Origin: Octopus vulgaris
Lineage: Eukaryota
Assembly: GCA_951406725.2 (NCBI GenBank)
Contig: OX597819.1
Span: forward strand, 117,242,001-117,306,000
Reading direction: 5' to 3'
DNA: 64,000 bases
Part shown: positions 24,430 through 39,062 of the stretch, piece after piece
How the letters are laid out: each line of letters starts with the position of its first letter
Numbering within the stretch: position 1 is the stretch's first letter
Made by a program: the position numbers and the translations under genes
Notes under the pieces: model-generated
What the model saw: only the letters and a program-made list of their open reading frames with translations
The model's database searches: none
Told to the model about the DNA's origin: nothing

Positions 24430-25290
24430 TATGTATGTATGCATTTACATAGAAGTGATCTATTTTCCTTAGAAATTAATGAAAATAAAAAGACATACCT
24501 TTTTAAATTATATTATAAGAAAGAGGATGCTGAATGCATTTCAATTGTTGCTTGACATCTTATGTTTTCAGAATACATAATCGGTTGGAAAGGAAACCGT
24601 ACGTACGTTGTTTTGTCACCACATCCAACAGTATGTATTCATAATTTTATGATATCTCCATATTTTCATTTTCATATTTGCAAAACATTCTTTCATTGTG
24701 TAGGTTTAATAGTGGAGAATAGCTGAACATCTTTTGTTTCATTAATATAGCTTACTTTATATATGCTTCAGAGTATGTCAGATCCATCACATGGAGAAAG
24801 GGTGTTTGGACTATCCTCTTCAACTATCAATGAGTATGCGTGTTAAATTCTCTAATATTGACTAATTATTTGAAAACACTTAAGGAAATCTAGTCAACTA
24901 TGTTTTCCATGTTCTGTTGCTAATGATAAAAAAAAGAATAACAGAAATATGTTCTATTATCCACCAATAATTTCTCATGTCATCGCGATTTAAAATCCAG
25001 ACATTTCTCAATGATGTGGTAAGATGAAATCTGAGTATATCTTTGTGTTAAAATAAGATTTATAGAGATTTCGGTTTCGTGTACCTGGGACAAGTCAGTT
25101 CCATAAACATTTCCCCTTAGAAAGCGCCATAGCTTAGCCACTGTACAGGTAGGCAATAACATGGTGTTGGAACCGCATATTAAAGAGATTCACATCGTTA
25201 TATCAAAATCTTTAATTTCATCAACATGCTGATCTACACCCAAATGAATATATCGGTTACAACTTAAAAATCTAAAAAATGAAGAGGCGT

Positions 25291-25750
<460 letters not shown>

Positions 25751-26740
25751 ACAGGCATATATGTCTTGAAAGCACGCTCATGCCACACTATATCTGCAGT
25801 AATGTCGGTATATCTGTAAATGAATTTCCCTTGATAAATTCGATATAAGTATCATAGCTCAGTTTGTTATGTAGGTATCAATTGGAGGTAGATGGTAGCA
25901 CGTCAGCTTAGTGAGAGGCAAGGGAAATTATTCTTTCAATGATTCATGCAATAAAACTTGTAATAATTATTCATTTCTCTATTCGACTCACTTCAGTAAT
26001 ACGTAGTGGTATATTCTCGACGGAAAAATAGTGTGCATTGTGAAAATACCCATATATTTGATACGAAGTAATTCAAACACTAACTTATTTTTAACATTTG
26101 CTTTTCTGAATTTCAATAACAATTGGTCCATTATTAACAGAAAACGATAGAACACAGAATAATGTTTTATTTTGAATTTTGGAATACGGTATTTACTTTA
26201 TAGATAACTATATTTTTCACGTAACAATTTTTAAGTCTGCAATACCATATGTAAAAATAATAAAAGCTATAGTATCTGTTATTATCTATTTTATAGTAAC
26301 CATTGGAATATGAGACATGGCATCATATTCATAATTTATATGTCATGCTGATTTATACTGAGAGTATATATCAACAACTTAAGACTACAATTACACATAT
26401 ATTTACCCCAAACAGAAGAATTAATAACAAAGGCAAAGCTGTGTTAGGAATTAAAATTTATTTCTAAGGTTACTGAACCAATTACAATAGTCTTCAAATC
26501 AAGATATCATTTATGGGGTAAAATTATATCGCATGTTGTTTCATATATTCTTATAGACAAGTGACAATTCCTGCTAAAGTGTAGTTTGTCGGTTGCGTGA
26601 TTAAAGTGGCTAACAAATAGTTTTAAATCGCCCGGAGAGAACATTATAAATGTATGTCGTACTGTAGATTTGTAAAACGTTAAGCAAATCTGTAGTTCTA
26701 TAAAGAAATACGTTGTAATGAACTTTTATAAAAGGATATG

Positions 26741-27260
26741 CCGAGCTGGCAGAAACGTTAACACAACGGGCGAAATGCGTAGCAGTCTTTCGTCTACCGT
26801 GATGTTCTGAGTTCAAAGTCCACGAGGTCGACTTTGCCGTTAATCCTTTCGGGGTCGATTAAATAAGTACCACTTACGCACTGGGGTCGATATAATCGCC
26901 TTAATCCGTTTGTCTGTCCTTGTTTGTCTCCTTTGTGTTTAGTCCCGTGTGGGTAGTAAAGAAATAGATATTTCATCTGTCTTCACAAGGCGGCGAGCTG
27001 GCTGAAACGTTACCACGCCGGGCGAAACGCGCAACCGTATATCGTCTGCCGTTACGTTCTGAGTTCAAATTCCGCCGAGGTCGACTTTGCCTTTCATCCT
27101 TTCGGGGTCAATTAAATAAGTACCAGTTACGCACTGGTGTCACTATAATCGACTTAATCCGTTTGTCTGTCCTTGTTTGTTACTTCTGTGTTAGCCCCTT
27201 GTGAGTAGTAAAGAAATAGATATTTCGTCTGTCTTTACGTGCCTAGAGTAGAAGAGAATA
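26741..27260 (+). mobile_element. Two head-to-tail/nested SINE family B copies
   Basis: Copies at 26741-26968 and 26989-27219, each followed by ATATTTCRTCTGTCTTYAC. Confidence 0.87.
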
Positions 27261-27588
27261 ACGTTTTTTGAGTGGATAAGTCGAAATGTAACATATAAAC
27301 GAACGATTCGTATAGCAAACGCAAGGCTAAAATAGACTTTGTAAGTTGATAAGTGGCAATGTAGTATTTAATGCCATACGTCAGAGTATAGTAATACACC
27401 ATTACAATACGAATTTTAATGATATCAGACGGTTCGAAGCAGTGAATGAAAGATGTTATAGAATAGTAGATTTAATACTAAACGAGAAGACACAAAGAGA
27501 AGTATTGGTATTAATGTGTATTTGCGCTTGCATACATATGTAGACACATGTATATGTAATATACATACATATATATATACACATATAT

Positions 27589-27619
<31 letters not shown>

Positions 27620-27643
27620 CATATATATATATGTATATATAAT

Positions 27644-28059
27644 AGGCGCAGGGGTGGCTGTGTGGTAAGTAGCTTGCCTACCAACCACATGGTTCCGGGT
27701 TCAGTCCCACTGCGGGGCATCTTGGGCAAGTGTCTTCTGCTATAGCCCCGGGCCGACTAATGCCTTGTCAGTGGATTTGCTAGACGGAAACTGAAAGAAG
27801 TCTGTCATATATATGTATATATATATATGTATGTGTGTTTGTGTGTTTGTGTGTCTGTGTTTGTCCACTTAGCATTGCTTGACAACCGATGCTGGTGTGT
27901 TTACGTACCCGTCACCTAGCGGTTCGGCAAAAGAGACCGATATAATAAGTACTGGGCTTACAAAGAATAAGTCCCGGGGTCGATTTGCTCGACTAAAGGC
28001 GGTTCTCTAGCATGGCCGCAGTCAAAAAACTGAAACAAGTAAAAGAGTACAAAGAGAGT
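27644..28059 (+). mobile_element. SINE family A, full length
   Basis: tRNA-like head (GTGGCTGTGTGGTAAG; GGGTTCAGTCCC), internal TA/TG tract and AAAAGAGT tail. Confidence 0.9.
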
Positions 28060-28455
28060 ATATATATCAATTGCTAAAAAGCATTCTTGAAGTAAAATCA
28101 TGTAGCAACAGCGAAGGGCAGTGCACCAGCATAGCCACAGCTCGTGAGCTGAAACTAAATGAAATGAAATATATGTATATATAAATAGGAATAATTACTG
28201 CGAAGCATTGTGTAGAATATATTGTATAAAGTTCGTGGGGAAGCCAAAACTATGTGATTTAATAATCCCATTCTCTGACCCTATTTAATAACGACCCCAT
28301 TTTCAAGAAATGGACACGCGTCAATTTCTTCAAAATGGGTCATAACCCCGAAATATTGAATACAAGGTAAGTCTACATTTATTTACACGTTTGTTTTCTT
28401 GTGATTTACCATGCATTTTCTCCGCATTGTTGTGGCCTTACTCACGACCTTTCAT

Positions 28456-28459
<4 letters not shown>

Positions 28460-28543
<84 letters not shown>

Positions 28544-29111
28544 TACATCCGTATATATATATATATATACATACATACTTATATATATGTATATACATAT
28601 ATAAGTATATACATAGATACACATACACAGACATATATATGTATGTATATATACACGTACGCAAATACGCATACTTATGCGCACGAAGAAATGTCTAATA
28701 TACCGATAGAAAATATATGCAAAATGAACACAAATTTAGCAAAAGTTCATGAATTGATTAAATAACATGAATTTAGAGCAACAGAGAAGAAAATTGCTAA
28801 GACCGTCTGTGTAAAAATAGAGTCAGACTATATCCCTTGGGAAATGCATATTATCTCAATATGTTCACTTCTTTTGCTATAGTTCTACTATAGAATATTT
28901 TGCCATTATTTTATGAAAAGGAGTATTAAATTGAGAAAAATGAAAGAAGCCGAAAAATCGTTATATCTGCAGGGTGAAGACGTATATCTTCACACGCAAA
29001 TAAGTATCGAAATATCACGCCACACGCACACATACACACACTGCGAGGACATGTGAATGCGCACGAACACACACGCACACACACATACACACACACACAT
29101 ACACACACATA

Positions 29112-29171
<60 letters not shown>

Positions 29172-29269
29172 GAACATATACGTTTATGTATGTTTGTATA
29201 TATATATGTATATATATATATGGATAACTACATATGTGTATATATATATACATATATATATTTATATAC

Positions 29270-29300
<31 letters not shown>

Positions 29301-29364
29301 AATATACAAATATATATACATATATACATATATGTATACTTATGTGTATATGTACACCCATATA

Positions 29365-29430
<66 letters not shown>

Positions 29431-29823
29431 TACATCTGTATATATGTGTGTTTATGTGTGTGTTTGTGTACTTGGAAGAGTTTCATCCTGGTTGAATTTA
29501 AAGTGAATCGTTTTACGGTACACAAAGGGATCCTGTCCTTTTGCAACTCCTGATGAGATAAAATTCTTCTGCTACAGAAATTTCTCTAGCGGAAGAATCG
29601 TTAGAAAGGAAAAGTATCTCGAACTTCTTTTTATATTGGGCAGAACTGGTTTGATCTCTCAGTCTACTCGTATACACGAAAGACTTCTGTTGCATTCCCT
29701 TATGATAGAAAATTAAGCAGTTTGAGTGATTCCTCTGCAATGCTAGGCCAAATTATATTTTATAGTTTTATAGTTCGGATTGTGTGTGTATGCATGTATG
29801 TACGTAGCATTATGGAAGTTTAC

Positions 29824-29870
<47 letters not shown>

Positions 29871-30334
29871 GAGAGAGGTGAGAGAGATCTAGATACAAAT
29901 ACAGAAATGTATGTCTATGTGCTTACGCATGGATGTGTGTGAATGTGCTTACATATTTATGTATGCATGTGTGTATATATATATGTATATGTATATGTGT
30001 GTATGTATGTGTGTATGCTCATAAATATACGCATACGTTTAAAGGTATATACTTATATGTGTGCGGGAGGGTATGGTTATGTGTATGTGTGTGTGTGTGT
30101 ATGTGATAATCAGCGGATTTTCGCTTCAATTGTCGGTTGTGTTATCCTAAGCACTTCCAATATATCTCTCCAAAATATTTCACATAATCACGCACATACA
30201 TTCACATCGGATTAATATTCATTTAAAGAAATATATACGCTCTAACTTACATACCGTCACAGCAGACTCGCATCCATCTCATATATGCATTTCTGGAAGT
30301 GATGACTGTTTTGCTCTCTTTCTGTGTTGTGTGC

Positions 30335-30409
<75 letters not shown>

Positions 30410-30418
30410 ATATATATG

Positions 30419-30486
<68 letters not shown>

Positions 30487-30621
30487 TATATACGTATGCA
30501 TTAGTAAATTTCAGGGTAGCAAAGTTTTTTTTTAAATGTTTGCTACCAGTGGTCTAGCATGAAGAAGAAATAAACTAGTTAATAGACTATATATTATTCA
30601 TCTATTCTGTGTTTAAATGTT

Positions 30622-30672
<51 letters not shown>
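28460..30672. repeat. Cluster of long (TA)n/(CA)n/(TG)n microsatellites
   Basis: Several tracts, e.g. 28460-28570, 29070-29430, 29826-29865, 30336-30492 and 30627-30672. Confidence 0.9.
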
Positions 30673-30678
<6 letters not shown>

Positions 30679-30789
30679 CGTTTCAGGCATGTGTCTGCGG
30701 TCATTTGGAGGAACACCATGATTTTGCGCTTTAACATATAATCTTTCTATATCGCCACTCCAATATGTGCTTTTCCCGTGGTTGTTGGC

Positions 30790-31070
30790 CCATTTTGTGC
30801 ATGACGGAGTTTCATATTAATTCCCTCATGTGTACCTCATTCCGGGTCGTTCATTAAGTTTATATTGTTGAGAAGAGGGAGTCCAGTTCATTTTTGAATA
30901 CATCCGCGCTTAGAAAGTATATGCATTATTTTTTATGGCAGGCCATTGAGTAGCTCTGATCCTTTGAACCCTAAACTATAGCAGTACCTGGGCCTGATTT
31001 TAGATGGAGTTGATGGTAACATTGGCATAATAGAATGGCTGTTTGAGTGAACATGGCCATGTCTAAGAGA
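30790..31070 (-). pseudogene. Decayed CR1/L2-group LINE 3' fragment
   Basis: Minus-strand PSTPSKIRPRYCYSLGFKGSELLNGLP*..ADVFKNELDSLL resembles the C-terminus of the LINE at 37357-38141. Confidence 0.55.
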
Positions 31071-31479
31071 GCCATTATAAACCGTAATTTCCCCAAGACA
31101 TTTCCTTTGTGATGCCACACAGAATTTCTGCTTCCTCAGTGAAAGTAACATTAGCTGCAAATATCTGACTTCTGTCTATCAGTTTGTGGCATATCATGAC
31201 ATGATCTATCTTATCTAAGGCCTTAGCGATTATATGATATATCACACTAATATCTTAAAAGTCAAGCAGCTGTTTTAAATTCCAGTCGCACTTTTGTAAG
31301 ATGTGTGTGACGTAGCTTCTTTCGGCACGGAAGCCATATTCTGTATCATTCAGTAAGTCATTTACTTCACGAAATATCATACAGACCTGTAGGTTTTAAC
31401 CTCTGTCCTTGCTCACACATTTGTGTATAGGGCACGAGACATAAAATGTCTTCCTTAGCTTTTTGGAAGTTTTCCACTA

Positions 31480-32570
31480 TATGAGTTTGGTAAGATAGTT
31501 CTTGGACACTTTTAACATATCGCTTTTTTAACAATTAAAAAGACAAAAACAAAGGACAATCAATTCAAAAGGTAAGAACCCTCGTTATCGATCACCTTTT
31601 CCCAACTTTCAGACAACGTTTTGAATCTTTTCATCCAGAACTCGCGTGACTTTGAATCAGTAAGATCGTAAAGAAACGATTTCATATCTTCTTCGTTTTC
31701 GAACTCTGTATCACCAATTGCACGTTGCAAGGCAAAGAGTAAGTGGTAGTCAGAAGGTGCAAGGTCAGGAGAATACAGTGGGTGCATCATAATCACCCAG
31801 CCCGCCTCCTTCAGCTTCTCTGACGTCTTCTTTGCACGATGTGTTTGTGTGTTGTCTTGGTGTTAAATCATCTTCTTCAAATTCGAGCGTTTTTCTGCTA
31901 GTACGATCATTAAACGGTCGATTTGTTCGTAGTACTCATACTTGTCAATGGTGGTATTGCGTGAGAGAAGACCCAATATGATCACACCATGGCAATCCTA
32001 CCAAACTGAAATCGCAATCTTCCTTTGCACGAGCGGTTTTTGGTGAAGGTTTTAACCTATTTCTGTATTACCCACAAGGGGCTAAACACAGAGGGGACAA
32101 ACAAGGACTGACATAGGTGTTAAGTCGATTACATCGACCCCAGTGCGTAAGTCGACCTCGGCGGAATTTGAACTCACAACGTAACGCAGACGAAATACCG
32201 CTAAGCATTTCGCCCGGCGTGCTAACGTTTCTGCCAGCTCGCCGTTTTAACCGTTGATCTTTGCTATGCAAGGATCGTCTGCACATCATGTTGGAGTACA
32301 GTGCCCACTTTTCATCCATAGGGATTACTGACTCCAGCCAATTAAATCTACGGCTTCGCCAGAGCAGACTTTGAAATGCAGTAACCCGTGTTTCTTCGTT
32401 CGCTTCAGTCAGTTCATGTGGCACCCATTTTTCAAGCTTGCTGACCTCACCGAGATAATGCAGGTGGTTGATGATCGTGGCAGGGGAGAGGCCAAACTCT
32501 ACCGCAAGTTGACGTACAGTTTGGTTTGCATCGGCTTCAATGACTTGCAACAACGACTTGCCCAAGACAT
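31480..32570 (-). mobile_element. Decayed mariner transposase remnant interrupted by SINEs
   Basis: WVPHELTE, MDEKW, HQDNTQTH and HPLYSPDLAPSDYHL motifs occur in order on the minus strand. Boundaries are approximate. Confidence 0.9.
32056..32246 (-). mobile_element. SINE family B inserted in the mariner ORF
   Basis: Reverse complement of family B; TSD GTTTTAACC at 32049-32057 and 32244-32252. Confidence 0.88.
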
Positions 32571-32925
32571 TTCCTACCAACCTCATGGTTCTGGTTTCAG
32601 TCCCACTGCATGGCACCTTGGGCAAGTGTTTGCTACTATAACCGCGGGCCGACCAAATAATTGTGAGTTGATTTGGTAGACGGAAACTAAAAGAAGCCCG
32701 TCGTATATATGTATATATATATATGTGTGTGTGTTTGTCACCCCCAAACATCGCTTGACAACAGATGCTGGTGTGTTTATGTCCCCGTAACTTAGCGGTT
32801 CTGCAAAAGAGACCGATAGAATAAGTAATAGGCTTACGAAGATAAAGTCCTGGCGTCGATTTGCTCAACTAAGAGGTGGTACTCCAGCATGACCACAGTC
32901 AAATGTCTGAAACAAGTAAAAGAGT
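32571..32925 (+). mobile_element. SINE family A, 5'-truncated
   Basis: Colinear with 27675-28050. Confidence 0.85.
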
Positions 32926-32936
32926 AATATATATAA

Positions 32937-33009
<73 letters not shown>

Positions 33010-33499
33010 GAGAGAGAGAGAGAGAGGGGGCGGGCGGAGAAAGAGAGACGTAGAAAGAGCTAGTGAGAGAATGAGCGAGTGGGAGAGAAACAGATATAGA
33101 TAAGAATAAACAAACACTCACTCATATATAGGATTCTTATTGTTTTTAGTATTTAGATTAGCGTGTTTGCGTTTAGGCAAAAGATATTGTTTCATCTTGT
33201 GAAGTCTTATTTCTTGGCTGCTATTCAATATAAAAATTGAAATAAAAATTATAACAGGAGAAACGGCTACAAAATATAATAGTCATGTAAATTAAAATAT
33301 AAATGATGTTAGAAAATGAATGTATAAGCCTATGCGTTTTGCATCTACTCAATACTTTCATTTGCGACACCAAAATACCGAATGAGATTTCGATGCTTCA
33401 ATATTGCGATTAATGGATCACCGAGGCATGGAATTTTGTATCGTTTGTTAATTTGAAATATTTAATGGATTGAAATATGTGCACAGCTCCACCAGATTT

Positions 33500-33655
33500 T
33501 GTACAGAGGGTGATGTGGATTACATCGGCCTCAGTGCTTGACCATCTCAAATGACGAATGGTAGCGTCGAACTCGGCGAAATTTGAATGCAAAGAAGAAC
33601 AAAATGACGCAAAGCATTCTTCAGGCATGCTAAAATTTCGACACGCTCGACGCTT
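33500..33655 (-). mobile_element. Degenerate SINE family B fragment
   Basis: GTCGAACTCGGCGAAATTTGAA..AAGCATT....GGCATGCTAA matches the reverse complement of the family B head. Confidence 0.5.
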
Positions 33656-33665
33656 TTATCTAAAA

Positions 33666-35166
33666 TCTCTCTATATATAAAACTGAGAATGTGTGTCTGC
33701 CTGACTGTCTGTGTGTTTCCCTAAAACTTGAGAACTACACAGCAAATTTCATTCAAATTTTACACATGCCTTACTTAGGGTCCATGTAGTTCCATGGGCA
33801 AAACATGTTCAACTTCTTGCCTAGGGCGAGCCCATAGCAATATCATATCTTCTCCATTATTTCAGTATTACATGTTAAAAGTGAAACAAAAACATTTCTC
33901 TATTTTATGTCAGATACTTTCACTTTAACAATAAAAATTAGAGATAATAATAACAATTGAATTATATGTAGTAAGTAGTAATTAAAATCAAACTAAAGTA
34001 TAATATAATCGTAACATAACAAAAGTAAAAATAGCAATTAGTATAAAATTGCATCAATGGCTTGAACTTGAATAAGTGGTTTCACATGAATGGGAATAAA
34101 TTAAAAATAAAATTAGCGTGCAGAAATGGAATAGTCCAGATTGAGGTGTGCAATACCCTTTACCACAGCTTTTACATTAGCTAGCATTAAGTATCTATAT
34201 GAAGATTGGCTGTATGTAATGTCTGGTTTCTCGAACAGCGCTTCTACTGAGTACTATTATTATTATTACTGTTTAACTATTGTTAGCACGTTTGTTGGTT
34301 CCTCGTAAGGGAAACGTTGTTGTGTTACATTTGTTAATTAATTGTAAACTGTAATCCTCCCCCTTTGGGAGAAGGGGCTTTGGTTATTGTTTAAAAATTG
34401 AATTGTGTCCCTGTTTGGGGAAATTGACAATATCTTCACCGTTTACACGGACGCATTTTTGTTAGAATGCCTTCGATAGAAGAAAGTCCAAAAATGAATT
34501 TGCTGCAGCCGTCGGCGGTCGCGAACTCATTAAAATTGAAATAGAAGAAATACAAACCTATTTGGGACTGATCACCGACAAAGGCAGTGCATCTAGGATG
34601 ACACCGCCAAACGATATAAAAAGTTAATTTAAAGAAAAGACTATTGTCTATAAAGTATACAATGTAGAGAAAAAAAATTGAACACTTGGAGGAAAGCACC
34701 ATCGAAAAGTGTCTTGGTGCGAATATGAAAGATATCTAACCAGAAGCGGTAAATTCGCCACAATAGTAGCAAGGTTCGAGTCAACGGAGCGTGTAAGGGA
34801 GTACTCGACTCGAGCCTTGCAAAGTGGAAATATTTTCTTTTTACCTTTATATCTGGGACATAGGACGTCCCGGATAAAAATTAAATCTCCCTCCAGAAGT
34901 AGAGCGAGGCTGGATTGTAGCCACACTTCTAAACAAGAGTGAGGACAAGATACGATTGATCGAAATTGCAAGAGACGGGCCTACAATTCCAGTCTGTTAT
35001 ATACTTTGAGTATTGTTATCACTAGCGATATCAAGATATGACTTTGTATTTTGTATTTTATGTGTAGATGTATATATATAGATGTACATGTAATATGTAC
35101 TCATATATATACACATATATACATGCACTAGCACTATGACCCGGCAATGACGGTTCATAATGCTAG
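33666..35166 (+). mobile_element. Non-autonomous Helitron
   Basis: 5' A|TCTCTCTATATATAAAA followed by a GTCT-type tract. 3' hairpin TATGACCCG..CGGTTCATA followed by CTAG|T. Inserted between A and T with no TSD. Confidence 0.72.
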
Positions 35167-35687
35167 TATTTAATAAAAACAAAAATATTTACTTGAGTCA
35201 AAAACAAGAAGAAAACTTTGGATAGTAACTCTAAACGTTCACGGATGAGCCAGCCTTCATAAAGGAAATCTAATTTGATTGAGAGAAAGTTCACAATGAG
35301 TGGTGCAGCGTTTAGATATTTCAGAAATGCATAGGAAAAATAACTGAAGCGCCTCAAGGAAAATTTCTATTAAGAGTAGGGAATTCTGATGATTTGTGAG
35401 GAGTGTGTTGCCGATAATAACAATTTCTCTCCACACACTTAGATATGTTTCTAATATTCCATAAAAGGTTATTTATGAAAATGAAATGGAAGACGACATA
35501 CATAGTGTGAAAGAATGTCCTGCTTTATTTATTAGCAACATCTTACATATTTAGACTAACTCCTCACCTGCATTGCATAAATGTTATCTTAATAATATTA
35601 GCATTGACACATAAAATTTGAAGGCATCTACGATCCTTTTTTAAAGTACCTTAATGACTTAAGGTGATGATTAGGATATGTGAATCA

Positions 35688-35850
35688 AAGGCGGCGAGCT
35701 AGCAGAATAGTTAGCATGCCTTTCATCCTTTCGGGGTCGATAAATTAAGTACCAGTTACACACTAGGGTCGATATAATCGACTTAATCCGTTTCTCTGTC
35801 CTTGTTTGTCCCCTCTGTGTTTAGCCCATTGTGGGTATTAAAGAAATAGG
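35688..35850 (+). mobile_element. SINE family B with internal deletion
   Basis: Perfect 17-bp TSD TTAGGATATGTGAATCA at 35671-35687 and 35851-35867. Confidence 0.9.
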
Positions 35851-36928
35851 TTAGGATATGTGAATCATGAGTCTCTGATGTTCTGTTTGTTTAATTAATA
35901 TATATAACGTTTAAAATATTATTTAGACCGAAACACGTGAGAAAAAAGTGCTTAGTATGATTGGTAATACAATATGGTGAAGAAAGAAAACCTAACACAA
36001 TAATTCAAATGTAAATTTTTTGCAGACACAGTTTTTGGCACATATCCCATTTCTACGCTCTACTGCAAGAAATTATGAAGAAAATATATACTAAATTATA
36101 TACTAAATACTATTTTCCTGCCAGTATCTTAATCGTTTGATATTGGAAAATGTCTAACTACTAACTAGCTAGCAAATGTTCCTTTATAAATGGTTAGTGC
36201 CCATACATTAAAACCATCCAAATATTCATGAACGATAAAAAATCATCTACAATAGCCACTTTGAATGAGATACTATTTTTACACATTTTATCGATACGAT
36301 AAACATATCAGGTGTTTTCGCAGGTGGTACTGCTGAAATGAAACATATCACATCTTATGCACAGAATGATGAAAAAGTGAGATACAAATATATTAAACGC
36401 CATTTGAATTCTAATCAGTTTTGTAAGATTATATATTTCAAACTTATATATATAATTCCCTTGTGATATGGGGAACGAGAACATATACTACACATCAGCT
36501 GGTCTGTTGAAATTAAAACTACTGCAATGTCTAAAATATTAGCAATAACAATAACAAATACCGCTTCTACTTTATATTTCCAATATCGATAATTTTGCAA
36601 AAGCGTTTTATATGAGGGAGTATATGTATGTATATACATACATATATACATAGATATATACATATATACATACAAACATATATACATATATACATACAAA
36701 CATATATACATACATATATCACTGTACCTTTATATAGGTACGCATATATAGGCAAATATGTAGTATTTGCATAGACACATACAGACACCAACGCACACTC
36801 CACATATATATGAATATACGTATATGTAAGCTTATATATACACACACACACACACACACACATATGTATATATGAATGTATGCATGTATGTATATGTATG
36901 CATATATATGTATATATATATATGTATA

Positions 36929-37032
<104 letters not shown>

Positions 37033-37356
37033 AGACGGAGAGTGCTAAGCAGTGATAAGTAAAATTGCAATGTTATTATCTGTCCGAATATGCTGAGGCA
37101 CGTTCGAATTAAAGAAAAAGCTCCTCACGGCGTTTCGCCACGGAAACTACAACCCATTTGTTCACGAATGTTGTGTATACACCTGGATCATCTCATAGTG
37201 CTGCCTACCCGTACTTTGAGATGCTAACATTGCGGAGTAGTTATCTCCTCTTTGATTATATCGTCCTTTCTGTTTCATTCTAACAAAACTGTCCGACGAA
37301 TTCTACCTCTGGTATTTGAGTACTCTTTTTTTCCAACTTGTTTCACGTTGATGTGC

Positions 37357-38139
37357 TTACTCTGGTGGCGTCCAACAAAATCAGAGACTTGGGAGTAACA
37401 GTGGACAACAACATAAGCTGGGCTACACATATAAGCAGCAAAGTTGACATGGACCGCAGAATGTGTTCCTGGATTCTCAGAACCTTCCAGTCGAGAGATT
37501 CCCACACTATTATCTTTCTCTTCTCCACTTTTGCCCGACCCCACCTTGAATACTGCTGTCCACTGTGGTCTCCCTACACAAAACAAAATATTATGAGAAT
37601 TGAAGCTCCCCAAAGGTCAATCACAAAAAGAAATAGATGGCATGTCAGACCTTGACTACTGGGGTAGACTAGAGAAGCTGAAACTGTATTCACTCCAACG
37701 ACGCCTTGAACGCTACATTATCTGTATGATGTGGAAAATATTCCACCAGCACTGTCCGAATGATGTTGGCATCAACTTCAAAATACATCCAAGGCTTGGA
37801 CCACGTGCCATCCGTCCACAACAAAAATCTAAATCGCATTACATAACGACAATACGACACAACTATTTCACCTCAATTGGACCCGCTCTCTTCAACATTA
37901 CAGCAGGACACGTCAAAACAGAAACTGACCACACAAAATTCAAGAAGTCTTTGGACAAATTCCTTCAAACAGTCCCGGACAAACCACCCACACCCGGATA
38001 TGTCTCCGCAAACAATAACTCTCTGCTCGAATGGGCCTCGGTGCCTAAATCCTGAAATGAAAGACTTCGCCAGGTGGTGCTATTAAGTTAGACATGGCCT
38101 GAGCCAATACTGGCCAAAACCTTTCTAAGTTATTCTAAG

Positions 38140-38141
<2 letters not shown>
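37357..38141 (+). mobile_element. 5'-truncated CR1/L2-group LINE (ORF2 C-terminus with one frameshift, 3' UTR, tandem tail)
   Basis: KIRDLGVTVDNNISWATHI, RPHLEYCCPLWSPY, LEKLKLYSLQRRLERY and FKKSLDKFLQTVPDKP motifs; tail (TTCTAAGTTA)x2, then (TA)n. Confidence 0.9.
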
Positions 38142-38180
<39 letters not shown>

Positions 38181-38450
38181 GAAAAAGAAGTTTGAAAACG
38201 CCACTATATAAGATAAATTTTAATTTTCTTACAAATTTTACCTTTCGGTTCGTTTTTAAAAAACGAACCTTATCAAAAATATTTTAAAAAGTTAAGTCTA
38301 ATAAAAAAGTTGATAATCGTTTCTTACTAGTCTCAACAGAACTCACATTGTGTTTTTTTGTCGGAAGGAAGCATAATAGCTGACTTATGTGTTGTCTAAA
38401 GTTGGGGAAAATATATATGGCGGGAGATGCTCATGTGTGTATATATTCAT

Positions 38451-38513
<63 letters not shown>

Positions 38514-39062
38514 ATCATGGTATATTTTGTGCGTACATTTATTCAAATACGATGATGTACCTCAGTCTCTAGTATTACCTACTTTTGATGTATTGCAAAT
38601 GAGTTACAGGGTTGTCCTGCTATTTACAAGTTGCCCTTTGTAAGATTTTTTTAAAGATTGGGTCTGCACCTTCTGTATATATTGCATAGTTGCTTTGATC
38701 AACCTTTATTTGAGTTTCAGTTCGTTTACTGATGCACGTTATTCTCTGCCCTTATTGTAAATAGACATGCCACGTAATGTGCAATTAGTAAAATATCAGT
38801 GCGTTTTGCTTCTCTGTTGAATTCTAATACTTCACTTATTAAGACAGACACGTCTATACTCACATGATAAAATAGAATGTTCTTTATAACACTCAGTTAA
38901 ATTCATGGGAATAACCTCAGGAATATCTCTGTTCATGCAAGATGCGATTTTGTCTGAATTTCCTCCAACCGCAATATGGTGCTTATGTGCGTTTAAGTGC
39001 ATATGTGTTTGCTTACATTAACAATGAATTCATGAGCGTTATAGGAACATTATAGGAACGTG

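Noticed and set aside
28295-28372. Imperfect hairpin plus AG|GTAAGT donor-like site as an exon or pre-miRNA
   Set aside because: There is no supporting acceptor site or protein similarity, and such motifs arise by chance or from MITE decay.
29546-29628. CTGATGA followed by the hairpin ATTCTTCTGCTA/TAGCGGAAGAAT
   Set aside because: No GAAA-stem III-NUH-stem I closure could be built; at most a decayed remnant.
32068-32868. 266-aa ORF as a novel fusion protein
   Set aside because: It is a chance read-through of SINE A, a mariner fragment and SINE B.
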